A DNA stretch of 32,000 nt from positions 60,001-92,000 of the forward strand of contig JAUVVC010000006.1 of NCBI GenBank assembly GCA_030604855.1, given 5' to 3'. The notes beneath the pieces are model-generated. The model made no database searches. It saw only the letters and a list, made by a program, of their open reading frames with translations, and was not told where the DNA came from. Origin of the DNA: Erysipelotrichaceae bacterium (lineage in GTDB: Bacteria; Bacillota_I; Bacilli_A; Erysipelotrichales; Erysipelotrichaceae). Of the stretch, positions 16,942-25,585 are shown one piece after another. The translations under genes and the position numbers were made by a program. Position 1 is the first letter of the stretch. Each line of letters opens with the position of its first letter.

Positions 16942-17279
16942 TGAAAGGTGCATTTGAAACGGCTTTAGTGATGTTGTTTGGCATGATGTTCATGGTTATG
17001 GGAATGGATTACATGAAGGTTGTTATGATGAATAATCAGGCACGCTTGTTGGCTGAAAGCAGTTTGGCAATCTTGGAAAACCAAAATCGTTACGACGCAG
17101 CGGTTCAAGTCTTGATCGATCATACCAAAGACACTTGTACATCCTGCATCTTGTTGATTGAACCGCATCTCGATCATCCTGGACGTTACCGTGTCATCGT
17201 AAACTATCCGATCGAATTGAAGCATATCCGTTATCACACCATGGCGAAACTCGAGTTATTAAGCCGTCCCTTAAGTTAG
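16941..17279 (+). CDS. TadE-like pseudopilin
   Basis: 112 aa. N-terminus KGAFETALVMLFGMMFMVMG resembles the TadE N-terminal motif (xxxVEFALVxPxLL). Confidence 0.5.
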   Translation: MKGAFETALVMLFGMMFMVMGMDYMKVVMMNNQARLLAESSLAILENQNRYDAAVQVLIDHTKDTCTSCILLIEPHLDHPGRYRVIVNYPIELKHIRYHTMAKLELLSRPLS

Positions 17280-17301
17280 TGCAGGAATCTGCACTTTCTT
17301 T
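17278..17301 (+). terminator. Rho-independent terminator of the tad-like operon
   Basis: AGTGCAG-GAAT-CTGCACT followed by TTCTTTGCTT. The stem starts within the stop codon. Confidence 0.55.
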
Positions 17302-17329
17302 GCTTGTGATTTTACGGTAAAATTGAAGC

Positions 17330-18091
17330 ATGTTAATCACCATTGATGTCGGCAATTCCAATATTGTCTGTGTAGTCTATTCCAAACTGAAAGAACGTCT
17401 TTACGATAAACGTTTTGAAACCATCAAAGAGAACATTGAGGAAGCGTATCCAACGTTTGTCAAAGAAGAGTTGTTGTTTTTAAAGGAGCGATTTGCATGT
17501 GAGGCGGTCATGTTGAGCAATGTTGTTCCCGCAATCGATCAAGTCTTAGTAAATGCTTTAAAAGAAGGTTTGGGAATCGATGTTTATCGCTGTGATTTGA
17601 GCACCGTACCAGAGTTCAAAGTGCTTTTGGAGGATCCTCGTGAACTGGGGGCGGATTTTATTGCGACCAGCTATGGTGCGATGGCAAAGTATCCTTTACC
17701 GATCATTGTAGCGGATCTCGGATCTGCGACGAAAGTAAGTGCGTTGAACCTAGAGGGTGATTTCGCAGGTGGAATCATCATGCCGGGTTTGCGAATCGCT
17801 CAAGATGCACTGAATCGTTTCATCCCACATCTCCCTCAGATTCCACTTGTCGTACCGAAATCCGTTTTGGGAAGTGATACGATCACGGCAATGCAAGCAG
17901 GTTTGATGTATTCTACGATTGATTCCGTTGAAGGCATTGCACGTAGAATCGAACTCAGTTTCAATGCAAAGTGTTCAAAAATCCTAACAGGTGGCTTGTC
18001 TGTATTGATTCATGAGGATACGGAAGACTTCGTTTATGAACCGTATTTATTGAATGAAGGCTTGTTTGAAATCTTCCAACTTTTAAAGTGA
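17330..18091 (+). CDS. coaX: Type III pantothenate kinase
   Basis: MLITIDVGNSNIV (the DxGNT/S phosphate-1 motif), ADLGSATK, GGIIMPG and TGG blocks typical of CoaX. Confidence 0.88.
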   Translation: MLITIDVGNSNIVCVVYSKLKERLYDKRFETIKENIEEAYPTFVKEELLFLKERFACEAVMLSNVVPAIDQVLVNALKEGLGIDVYRCDLSTVPEFKVLLEDPRELGADFIATSYGAMAKYPLPIIVADLGSATKVSALNLEGDFAGGIIMPGLRIAQDALNRFIPHLPQIPLVVPKSVLGSDTITAMQAGLMYSTIDSVEGIARRIELSFNAKCSKILTGGLSVLIHEDTEDFVYEPYLLNEGLFEIFQLLK

Positions 18092-18163
18092 ATATTTTGG
18101 CTTAAAATTGCGTTTTGGACTTTACTTTGAATCGCAAATACGCTAAAATAACACTTGCCTTAT

Positions 18164-18242
18164 GGCGATCGTGGCGAAGTTGGTTAACGCACCGGATTGT
18201 GGTTCCGGCATTTCGCGGGTTCGAGCCCCGTCGGTCGCCCCA
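18164..18242 (+). tRNA. tRNA-His (GTG anticodon), genomically encoded CCA
   Basis: Hand-folded cloverleaf. 8-bp acceptor including the His-specific G-1:C73 pair (GGCGATCG / CGGTCGCC). Anticodon arm CCGGA-TTGTGGT-TCCGG. T arm with GTTCGAGC. 3' CCA. Putative promoter TTTACT-17-TAAAAT at 18121-18149. Confidence 0.85.
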
Positions 18243-18253
18243 TTAGAGTAAAC

Positions 18254-18276
18254 AAAGAAGCAATGCTTCTTTTTTT
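18254..18276 (+). terminator. Rho-independent terminator after tRNA-His
   Basis: AAAGAAGC-AAT-GCTTCTTT followed by TTTTT. Confidence 0.6.
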
Positions 18277-18365
18277 ATCGTTTTCAGAGTGGATGTAATA
18301 GAATGTAAAATTTACATTGTGTGAAAGAAAAGTGAAAGTAAAATGACGGAATAGTGAAATAATTG

Positions 18366-18393
18366 TTGACATGGTATTTTCATACGCTATAAT
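18366..18393 (+). promoter_or_regulatory. Sigma-A type promoter of the opp operon
   Basis: TTGACA (18366-18371), 16-nt spacer, TATAAT (18388-18393). About 30 nt upstream of the oppA ATG. Confidence 0.55.
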
Positions 18394-18424
18394 AACGACA
18401 TATAAAGGAAAGGAAGTTGAAGAT

Positions 18425-20068
18425 ATGAAGAAAATACTGATTTTCATCTTAGCTTCGTTGTTGTTTGTCGGCTGTTCTTCTGCCACTCCAACACCTGAAG
18501 CTGCCAAAAAGGTTCTTCGTGTAGCGTATAGTGGAGATGTTCTATCCTTGGATTCAAGTGTAGCGACCGATGGGGTTTCATTTGAAGTCCTGACCGCTTT
18601 CACGGAAGGCTTGGTAGAATACGATGCGAACGATGCAATGTTGCCTGGATCTGGGGCTGCAGAAAGTTGGGATGTATCGGAAGATGGTTTAGAATATGTG
18701 TTTAATCTTAAGAAAGATGCTGTCTGGTCCAATGGTGATCCTGTTACAGCTCATGACTTTGTCTTCGCATGGCGTCGTTTAGCGGATCCTGCAATGGCAA
18801 ATGAATACTCCATGATGATCTTGAATGCGAAGTTGAAGAATGGTGAAGCGGTTGTCGCCGGTACATTACCATTGGATCAATTGGGCGTTGAAGCAGTTGA
18901 TGACTATACTTTGAAAGTGACATTGGAGGCTCAAGTACCATGGTTCATCGCCTTGATGACCTTCCCATCCTTCTTCCCATTGAATGAAAAATTCGTTAAG
19001 GAAGCAGGAGACAACTATGCGACCGGTCCAGATTTCTTGTTATCGAACAGTGCGTTCGTATTAACAGAGTGGATCCAAGGATCGAAGATCGTCTTTGCTA
19101 AAAATGATAAATACTACGATGCGGATAAGATTGCAATCGATGGCATTGACATCACCGTAATCGCAGATCCTCAAACTGTTAAGTTACAATACGACCAAGG
19201 CAATTTGGATGTCGCTGCGATGTCCGGAGATTTGGTAAGTGGTTATGTCGGTACAGATGATTTCACTCCGATTCGCAAAGGTTACACATGGTTCATGCCT
19301 TTCAACCAGAAATCGCCCAATGCAGCGGTCAAAAATGAGAATTTCCGCTTGGCGATTGCTTGGGCATTCGATCGTAGCTTTATCGTTGATGAAAAATTAA
19401 ATGATGGATCCATTGTTGCGGATGGCTTTGTCCCTCGTGGTTTGGCTTCAAGCGCACAAGGTGAGGATTTCCGAGATACGGCTCCGAAATACTTTGGTTA
19501 CGACCCAGCGAAATCACTTGCGTATTGGGAAGCTGCTAAAGCTGAACTTGGTACTGACAAAGTGACTTTCGAACTCTTGGTGGGTACACCTGGGGATGAC
19601 AGTGGTTTAGCAACCGGTGCTGCAGAATACATCAAGGCTGAAGTTGAGAAAAACATGCCTGGTGTGACTGTAAACATCAAAACCGTTCTTAAGAAAGAGC
19701 GTTTGGAATTGATGAATCCTTCACGTGGCGAATACGATGTCGCATTGACACGTTGGGGTCCTGACTATGCCGATCCTCTGACCTACCTACAAGACTTATT
19801 GGTTTCGACTTCGAATTACAACTACGGACAATGGGTTGATCCTGCTTACGATGCTTTGGTAGCGGATGTGGCTCCAGGTGGTGCATTTGCAGCGGATGCG
19901 GATGTACGTTGGGCTAAGTTGGTCGAAGTAGAAGCATATGCATTGAATAAAGCTGTTGTGGTTCCAATGTGGCAAACCGGTGCGGCAATGGTCATCAAAC
20001 CAAATGTCGACGGCATTGAATACCATGTCTTAGGTTTAACCAATTACAAACGCACAACGATTAAATAA
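18425..20068 (+). CDS. oppA: Oligopeptide ABC transporter substrate-binding lipoprotein
   Basis: Start at ATG 18425 (MKKILIFILASLLFVGCSS, lipobox LFVGC, GGAAAGGAAG RBS). Family-5 SBP features throughout (VWSNGDPVTAHDFVF, WGPDYADP). Confidence 0.88.
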   Translation: MKKILIFILASLLFVGCSSATPTPEAAKKVLRVAYSGDVLSLDSSVATDGVSFEVLTAFTEGLVEYDANDAMLPGSGAAESWDVSEDGLEYVFNLKKDAVWSNGDPVTAHDFVFAWRRLADPAMANEYSMMILNAKLKNGEAVVAGTLPLDQLGVEAVDDYTLKVTLEAQVPWFIALMTFPSFFPLNEKFVKEAGDNYATGPDFLLSNSAFVLTEWIQGSKIVFAKNDKYYDADKIAIDGIDITVIADPQTVKLQYDQGNLDVAAMSGDLVSGYVGTDDFTPIRKGYTWFMPFNQKSPNAAVKNENFRLAIAWAFDRSFIVDEKLNDGSIVADGFVPRGLASSAQGEDFRDTAPKYFGYDPAKSLAYWEAAKAELGTDKVTFELLVGTPGDDSGLATGAAEYIKAEVEKNMPGVTVNIKTVLKKERLELMNPSRGEYDVALTRWGPDYADPLTYLQDLLVSTSNYNYGQWVDPAYDALVADVAPGGAFAADADVRWAKLVEVEAYALNKAVVVPMWQTGAAMVIKPNVDGIEYHVLGLTNYKRTTIK

Positions 20069-20079
20069 TGCGTGATGCA

Positions 20080-20110
20080 ATGGGAACCTTCTAAAAGAGG
20101 TTCCCATTTT
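20080..20110 (+). terminator. Intercistronic stem-loop / partial terminator between oppA and oppB
   Basis: ATGGGAACCT-TCTAAAAG-AGGTTCCCAT 10-bp perfect stem followed by TTT. A short T-tail suggests attenuation rather than full termination. Confidence 0.55.
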
Positions 20111-20131
20111 ACACGATGAAAGGAGACCACT

Positions 20132-21067
20132 ATGCTTAAATTCATTACCAAACGATTCTTTTGGTCAATGGTAACTTTGTTCACAATCTTGATCCTTCTT
20201 TTTCTATTGCTCCAGTTTTTACCGGGGACTCCTTTTAATGACGAAAAACTCAGTGAGGCTTCAAAAGCTCTCTTGAATGCGAAATATGGTTTAGACCAAC
20301 CGTTCTTTTCTCGATTCTACATTTATATGAAAAACATCCTTACGGAATTCGACTTTGGTATATCGTTGTCGATTCAACGCAACTGGATGGTCAAGAATAT
20401 CGTTCTTCCTCGCTTGGGTATTTCGGTTCGTATCGGACTTCAAGCGTTAGCGCTTGGAACTGGAATGGGCGTACTTTTTGGGGTCGTTTCCGCATCCAAT
20501 AAGAATACTTGGTTGGACACCATGGCTACGGTTGTGGCCATCATCGGAGTCAGTATCCCGTCATATGTCTTTGCACTCCTGCTCAGCTATACTTTTGGAT
20601 ACAAGCTTCCATTCTTCAGTATCATCTTTGATTTCAGTGACCCGATCAAGTCATCGATCCTACCTACCATTGCTTTATCCATGTTCGTCATGGCTCAAGT
20701 GACGCGTTTTCTAAGGACGGAACTGATCGAAGTCTTAGGCTCAGATTACATCCGTTTGGTTGAAGCCAAAGGGGTCAATCGCTTCAAAGTCATTGCACGC
20801 CATGGTCTTCGCAATGCCTTGATTTCCGTCATTACGATCTTGGGACCTTTGACGGTCACCTTATTGACGGGGTCCTTGGTGGTTGAAAAAGTGTATGCGG
20901 TGCCGGGCATCGGCAGTTTATTGGTCAATGCGATTCTAACCAACGACTATAATGTCATCGTTATGATTGCCTTTGTTTACAGTGCCTTGTATATCACGAT
21001 GAACTTAGTCGTAGATATTCTCTATGGCATCATCGATCCACGAATTCGTGTTGCGAAAGGAGCTTAA
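20132..21067 (+). CDS. oppB: Oligopeptide ABC transporter permease
   Basis: 311 aa, BPD-transport permease with the EAA-like loop DYIRLVEAKGVNRFKVIARHGLRNAL. AAGGAG RBS. Confidence 0.9.
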   Translation: MLKFITKRFFWSMVTLFTILILLFLLLQFLPGTPFNDEKLSEASKALLNAKYGLDQPFFSRFYIYMKNILTEFDFGISLSIQRNWMVKNIVLPRLGISVRIGLQALALGTGMGVLFGVVSASNKNTWLDTMATVVAIIGVSIPSYVFALLLSYTFGYKLPFFSIIFDFSDPIKSSILPTIALSMFVMAQVTRFLRTELIEVLGSDYIRLVEAKGVNRFKVIARHGLRNALISVITILGPLTVTLLTGSLVVEKVYAVPGIGSLLVNAILTNDYNVIVMIAFVYSALYITMNLVVDILYGIIDPRIRVAKGA

Positions 21068-21069
21068 TC

Positions 21070-22074
21070 ATGCGTGAATATCGTAAAGAAGAATTCAAGC
21101 GATTAGAAATGCGTGAATATGCCCAACAAGAGATGTTGCTAGGAGAAGATCCTAAGTTCTTCCGTGATGCATTCCGTCGTTTCAAGCGCAATAAAGGCGC
21201 ACATGTCGCTTTATACATGATCATCTTGATTTTGACCTTGGCTGCGTTTGGTCCTTATTTTGGAGGCCATGTATACAATGAAGTCATCACCACACACATC
21301 AATCTGCCACCACGTGTTCCATTTCTTGAGAACTTTGGCCTTTTCAATGGTTTACGTATGGGTGAAAATATTTATCTCAAAAAGGGTTTTGATGATCTCT
21401 ATTATTGGTTCGGAACCGATGGTCTAGGCCGTGACCTTTGGGCACGTGTCTGGATGGGAACACGCATCTCATTCTTGGTCGCATTCGTTGCGGTCATCAT
21501 CGATGTCTTGTTTGGCATCACGTATGGTCTGGTCTCTGGCTATTTCGGTGGTAAAGTGGATCTTTTTATGCAGCGCTTTGTCGAAATCATTTCTGGGATT
21601 CCAAACTTGGTTGTGGTCATCCTCCTGGTCTTGGTTCTGAAACCAGGTCTTCAATCAATTATTTTCGCATTGATGATCACAGGCTGGATTTCCATGAGTC
21701 GCGTCGTGCGCTCACAAGTTCTAAAGCTTAAAGAGTTCGAGTTTGTCTTGGCTGCACGGACTTTAGGTGCGAATTCATTCACGATCATCTTGAAAGAAAT
21801 GTTGCCGAACATCATCGGCCAGATCATCGTCATGACGATGTTCTCGATACCCAATGCCATTTTCTATGAATCTTTCTTAGCTTTTGTTGGTCTAGGTCTA
21901 CAACCCCCTTTGGCTTCCTTAGGGGTCTTGATCTCAACCGGATATCAATCACTTTTGATCTATCCGCATATGGTCATCTTCCCCGTAGTTGTTTTATCGA
22001 TCCTCATGTTGAGTTTCAATCTGGTTGCAGATGGTTTAAGGGATGCGTTTGATCCCAAAATGAAAGGGTTCTAG
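21070..22074 (+). CDS. oppC: Oligopeptide ABC transporter permease
   Basis: 334 aa. OppC-type N-terminal region (FRRFKRNKGA), GTDGLGRDLWARV motif and EAA loop EFVLAARTLGAN. AAGGAG RBS. Confidence 0.9.
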   Translation: MREYRKEEFKRLEMREYAQQEMLLGEDPKFFRDAFRRFKRNKGAHVALYMIILILTLAAFGPYFGGHVYNEVITTHINLPPRVPFLENFGLFNGLRMGENIYLKKGFDDLYYWFGTDGLGRDLWARVWMGTRISFLVAFVAVIIDVLFGITYGLVSGYFGGKVDLFMQRFVEIISGIPNLVVVILLVLVLKPGLQSIIFALMITGWISMSRVVRSQVLKLKEFEFVLAARTLGANSFTIILKEMLPNIIGQIIVMTMFSIPNAIFYESFLAFVGLGLQPPLASLGVLISTGYQSLLIYPHMVIFPVVVLSILMLSFNLVADGLRDAFDPKMKGF

Positions 22075-22079
22075 GTGCA

Positions 22080-23156
22080 ATGATGGAAACAAATCAAATT
22101 CTTGAAGTCAAAAACCTTCAATTATCTTTCCGTTTGGATGCAGGTGTGAACCATGTCATCCGTGATATCAGCTTCAATCTGTTCAAAGGTGAAACACTTG
22201 CGATCGTCGGTGAATCGGGTTCAGGAAAATCCGTCACCACCAAAGCGATTTTAGGTTTGATTGATGACAATGGAGCGGTTGAAGAAGGATCGATCCTCTT
22301 TCGTTTACGTGAGAACGATAAGGAAGAAATCGTCGACCTTTTACACCAATCCAAAAGCTACATGCAGAAACATATTCGTGGCCGAAAGATCGCCATCATC
22401 TTTCAAGATCCGATGACATCTTTGGATCCAACCATGACCATTGGCAAGCAAATCATGGAAAGCATGTTGGAACATAAACTCGTTAAATCCAAACAAGAAG
22501 CCAAAGATCGAACGAAAGTTCTCTTGGAATTGGTTGGCATCGATCATCCTGAGAAGAGGATGAAGCAGTATCCTCACCAATTATCCGGTGGGATGCGGCA
22601 ACGCGTCGTCATTGCGATTGCCTTAGCCTGTGAACCCGATCTCTTGATTGCGGATGAACCAACAACGGCCTTGGATGTGACGATTCAGTCTCAAATATTG
22701 GAATTGATCAAGGACATTCAAAAGAAGACCGGTGTCGCCATCATCTTCATCACCCATGATTTAGGGGTCGTGGCGAATGTGGCGGATCGGGTTGCGGTCA
22801 TGTATGCTGGCAAACTGGTGGAAGAAGGTTTGGCTGAAGAGATCTACTATAATCCTAAACATCCCTACACTTGGGGATTACTATCAAGCATTCCATCCAT
22901 GGATTCAAAGGAAGAAGAAATCGAATCCATTCCGGGTAGTCCACCCAACCTCATCAATCCACCCAAAGGGGATGCCTTTGCTTATCGATCCAATTATGCT
23001 TTAGCCATCGATTTCGAAGAGATTCCACCGTTCTTTAAGATCAGTGAGACTCATTCCGTGGCCAGCTGGTTGTATCATCCTATGGCTCCAAAAGTAGAGA
23101 TGCCAGAAGTCTTACAAAAACGTTTAGCAAAATATCGTACGCAGAAGGAGGTTTGA
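22080..23156 (+). CDS. oppD: Oligopeptide ABC transporter ATP-binding protein
   Basis: Walker A GESGSGKS, signature LSGGMRQR, Walker [13 protein letters not shown], and an oligopeptide-type C-terminal domain ([10 protein letters not shown]). Confidence 0.9.
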   Translation: MMETNQILEVKNLQLSFRLDAGVNHVIRDISFNLFKGETLAIVGESGSGKSVTTKAILGLIDDNGAVEEGSILFRLRENDKEEIVDLLHQSKSYMQKHIRGRKIAIIFQDPMTSLDPTMTIGKQIMESMLEHKLVKSKQEAKDRTKVLLELVGIDHPEKRMKQYPHQLSGGMRQRVVIAIALACEPDLLIADEPTTALDVTIQSQILELIKDIQKKTGVAIIFITHDLGVVANVADRVAVMYAGKLVEEGLAEEIYYNPKHPYTWGLLSSIPSMDSKEEEIESIPGSPPNLINPPKGDAFAYRSNYALAIDFEEIPPFFKISETHSVASWLYHPMAPKVEMPEVLQKRLAKYRTQKEV

Positions 23157-23157
23157 C

Positions 23158-24102
23158 ATGAGCACCAACAACGTACTCTTAGAAGTCAAAAACTTAAAGC
23201 AATTCTTCCGAGTCGATCGTAAAACTACGACACGTGCCGTCGATGATGTCAGCTTTCACATTTATGAAGGGGAAACATTCAGTGTGGTTGGTGAATCCGG
23301 AAGTGGGAAATCCACATTGGGTCGTACCTTGATTCGAATCTACGATGGTAACAGTGGTGAAGTGACCTTCATGGGTAAGAAGATTTCAGGTAAGCTCAAT
23401 GAAGAAACCCGTCAGTTTTTAAGGAAGAACATGCAGATGATCTTTCAAGATCCGATGGCCTCCCTCAATCCCCGCAAAAAGGTTTTGGATACGGTCGCTT
23501 TTGGTTTGGATGTCAATAAGATGACAAGCTCTGCAGAAGAGCGCAAGGAACGTGTCTTGGAGGTTCTGAAGTCCGTAGGGCTTCATGAGGATCATCTCAA
23601 TCGTTTCCCTCATCAATTTTCAGGGGGACAACGTCAACGTATTGGGGTTGCACGTGCTTTGGTTCTACAACCGAAGTTCATCATTGCGGATGAAATCATC
23701 TCAGCACTCGATGTGTCCATCCAGGCTCAAGTCATCAACTTGATGAAGAAGCTTCAACGTGAAATGGGTTTGACCTATATGTTCATTGCCCATGATTTGT
23801 CCATGGTCCGCTACATCTCCGATCGTGTCGCCGTCATGCATGTCGGACACATCGTTGAGATGGGAACGGTGGATGATGTCTATAACAATCCCATGCATCC
23901 GTATACCCGATCTTTGTTGTCGGCGATTCCGCATCCGGATCCCGTTCGTGAAAAAAGCCGTAAACGTTTCGTCTACGACATCTCAAATGTTATTTACAAT
24001 GATTCGCATATGAAGAAGTTGAGTGATACCCATTCCGTATTGACCACGGATAAGGATTTTGAAATGTGGTCCAAAGGGGATTATTCATTAAGTCTAAAAT
24101 AA
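23158..24102 (+). CDS. oppF: Oligopeptide ABC transporter ATP-binding protein
   Basis: Walker A GESGSGKS, signature FSGGQRQR, Walker B FIIADEIISALD, C-terminal HPYTRSLLSA. GGAGG RBS. Confidence 0.9.
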   Translation: MSTNNVLLEVKNLKQFFRVDRKTTTRAVDDVSFHIYEGETFSVVGESGSGKSTLGRTLIRIYDGNSGEVTFMGKKISGKLNEETRQFLRKNMQMIFQDPMASLNPRKKVLDTVAFGLDVNKMTSSAEERKERVLEVLKSVGLHEDHLNRFPHQFSGGQRQRIGVARALVLQPKFIIADEIISALDVSIQAQVINLMKKLQREMGLTYMFIAHDLSMVRYISDRVAVMHVGHIVEMGTVDDVYNNPMHPYTRSLLSAIPHPDPVREKSRKRFVYDISNVIYNDSHMKKLSDTHSVLTTDKDFEMWSKGDYSLSLK

Positions 24103-24126
24103 AACCGAGTTAATTCTCGGTTTTTT
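24101..24126. terminator. Bidirectional terminator between oppF and the LapA-domain gene
   Basis: AAAACCGAG-TTAATT-CTCGGTTTT plus a T-run. Overlaps the last codons of the minus-strand gene. Confidence 0.65.
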
Positions 24127-24478
24127 CGACGACAGGTTTTTGTACAACGGTATTCTGTAATGTGTTCACTTCTGCTTTCAAGCGTTCGATTTCTTGTTCA
24201 AGTGTCTTGTTTCGACTATTCAAGCTTTCATTGCTTGCCTTAACGGAGACCACTTCGTTGTTGAGGTTGCGTAGAGTGAATTGTGTTTTTACACTTTTAT
24301 ACAAGCCGAACACCAAGACCAATAACGCACCGAGTGCGACTGAAATCAAGATGACCAATGAGCCGGATAACTGGTAGGTCCAAAAGAAAAGACGTACGGT
24401 CATCACTTCCGCATTGGTCAAAGCAAAGATTGCGACGATGATTGAAACGAGAATCAAGAAAATAAATTGTTTTTGCAT
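24110..24478 (-). CDS. LapA-domain (DUF1049) small membrane protein with a coiled-coil tail
   Basis: Two TM helices with the pattern FALTNAEVMTVRLFFWTYQLSGSLVILISVALGAL, then a heptad-like C-terminus (LNSRNKTLEQEIERLKAEVNTLQ). Confidence 0.65.
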   Translation of the reverse strand: MQKQFIFLILVSIIVAIFALTNAEVMTVRLFFWTYQLSGSLVILISVALGALLVLVFGLYKSVKTQFTLRNLNNEVVSVKASNESLNSRNKTLEQEIERLKAEVNTLQNTVVQKPVVEKTEN

Positions 24479-24527
24479 ACAAGTTCCATCCTTACTTCAA
24501 GTATAAGACAAAGGTTCTGAACTTACA

Positions 24528-24556
24528 AAGAAACCATCAAAATTTGATGGTTTCTT
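24528..24556 (-). terminator. Rho-independent terminator of fba
   Basis: AAGAAACCATCA / TGATGGTTTCTT 12-bp perfect stem. On the minus strand it is followed by TTTGT. Confidence 0.6.
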
Positions 24557-24578
24557 GTGTGTGTGTTGATGAATGAGA

Positions 24579-25511
24579 TTAAACAGCTTTGCCTTCACTA
24601 CCCAAAACTTCGGTGATCTTGTGTTTGACCAAGTCCTTGATGTTTGCGCGTGCAGGTTTCAAATAAGTACGTGGATCGAAGACTTCAGGTTTGTCATTGA
24701 ATGTCTTACGGATACCAGCGGTGAAAGCCAAACGTAAGTCGGAATCGATGTTGATCTTACAAACAGCAGAACGTGCCGCTTGACGCAACATGTCTTCTGG
24801 AATACCGATCGCATCTTTCATCGATCCACCATTTTCTTGGATGATCTTGACGTATTCTTGCGATACGCTGGAAGCACCATGCAAGACGATTGGGAATTCA
24901 GGTAAACGACGTGTGATTTCTTCCAAGATGTCAAAACGCAATTGTGGGTTTTGACCTGGTTTGAATTTGAATGCACCATGGCTTGTCCCAATGGCGATTG
25001 CCAAGGAGTCGACACCGGTACGAGTCACAAATTCTACGACGTCATCTGGATTGGTATAACTGTGGTGTTCAACGCTGATTTCATCTTCGACACCAGCCAA
25101 TTGACCCAATTCACCTTCAACGGTGACACCGTGAGCATGTGCATACTCAACAACTTTTTTGGTCAATGCGACATTGTCTTCAAAGGATAAATGCGAACCG
25201 TCGATCATGACGGAAGTGAAACCACTATCGATGCAAGATTTGCAGAGTTCAAAGGTATCCCCGTGATCCAAGTGCAAAGCGATTGGAATATCACTGGTTT
25301 CAACAGCTGCTTCAACCAACTTCTTCAAATAAACTGGATTGGCATAGTCGCGAGCTCCCTTTGAAGCTTGTAGAATAACAGGGGACTTCAATTCATTGGC
25401 TGCTTCGACGATGGCTTGGACGATTTCCATGTTGTTGACATTGAATGCTCCAATTGCATAACCACCTTCGTAAGCCTTTTTAAACATTTCTTTTGTAGAT
25501 ACTAAAGGCAT
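24579..25511 (-). CDS. fba: Class II fructose-1,6-bisphosphate aldolase
   Basis: YAIGAFNVNNME, LHLDHG, MIDGS, GELG and SHGAFKF blocks are diagnostic of class II FBA. AGGAGG RBS. Confidence 0.92.
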   Translation of the reverse strand: MPLVSTKEMFKKAYEGGYAIGAFNVNNMEIVQAIVEAANELKSPVILQASKGARDYANPVYLKKLVEAAVETSDIPIALHLDHGDTFELCKSCIDSGFTSVMIDGSHLSFEDNVALTKKVVEYAHAHGVTVEGELGQLAGVEDEISVEHHSYTNPDDVVEFVTRTGVDSLAIAIGTSHGAFKFKPGQNPQLRFDILEEITRRLPEFPIVLHGASSVSQEYVKIIQENGGSMKDAIGIPEDMLRQAARSAVCKINIDSDLRLAFTAGIRKTFNDKPEVFDPRTYLKPARANIKDLVKHKITEVLGSEGKAV

Positions 25512-25585
25512 ATTTATTTCCTCCTGTCCTTATTTTAACGCAAATGGAATTAATTAACTAGCAAAAAACACTGGAGGTACTCAGA

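Noticed and set aside
13212-17329. Possibility that the tad-like locus is a recently acquired island or mobile element
   Set aside because: No integrase, transposase or recombinase is present, no flanking direct or inverted repeats were visible, and there is no obvious compositional break by eye. The nearby tRNA-His is separated from the locus by coaX. Composition was not computed, so this stays untested rather than disproved.
18184-18732. 182-aa minus-strand ORF
   Set aside because: It runs antisense through the tRNA-His gene, the opp promoter and the 5' end of oppA. The translation is low-complexity with no motifs or RBS, so it is a shadow ORF.
21070-21120. 12-nt direct repeat ATGCGTGAATAT (21070 and 21109) giving MREY...MREY at the oppC N-terminus
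   Set aside because: Only the first copy has an RBS (AAGGAG). This is a short duplication in a poorly conserved cytoplasmic N-terminal tail, with no evidence of functional significance.
24556-24566. (TG)n microsatellite-like run
   Set aside because: It has only about five units, sits next to the fba terminator, and is too short to suggest phase variation. It is not within a coding or promoter element.
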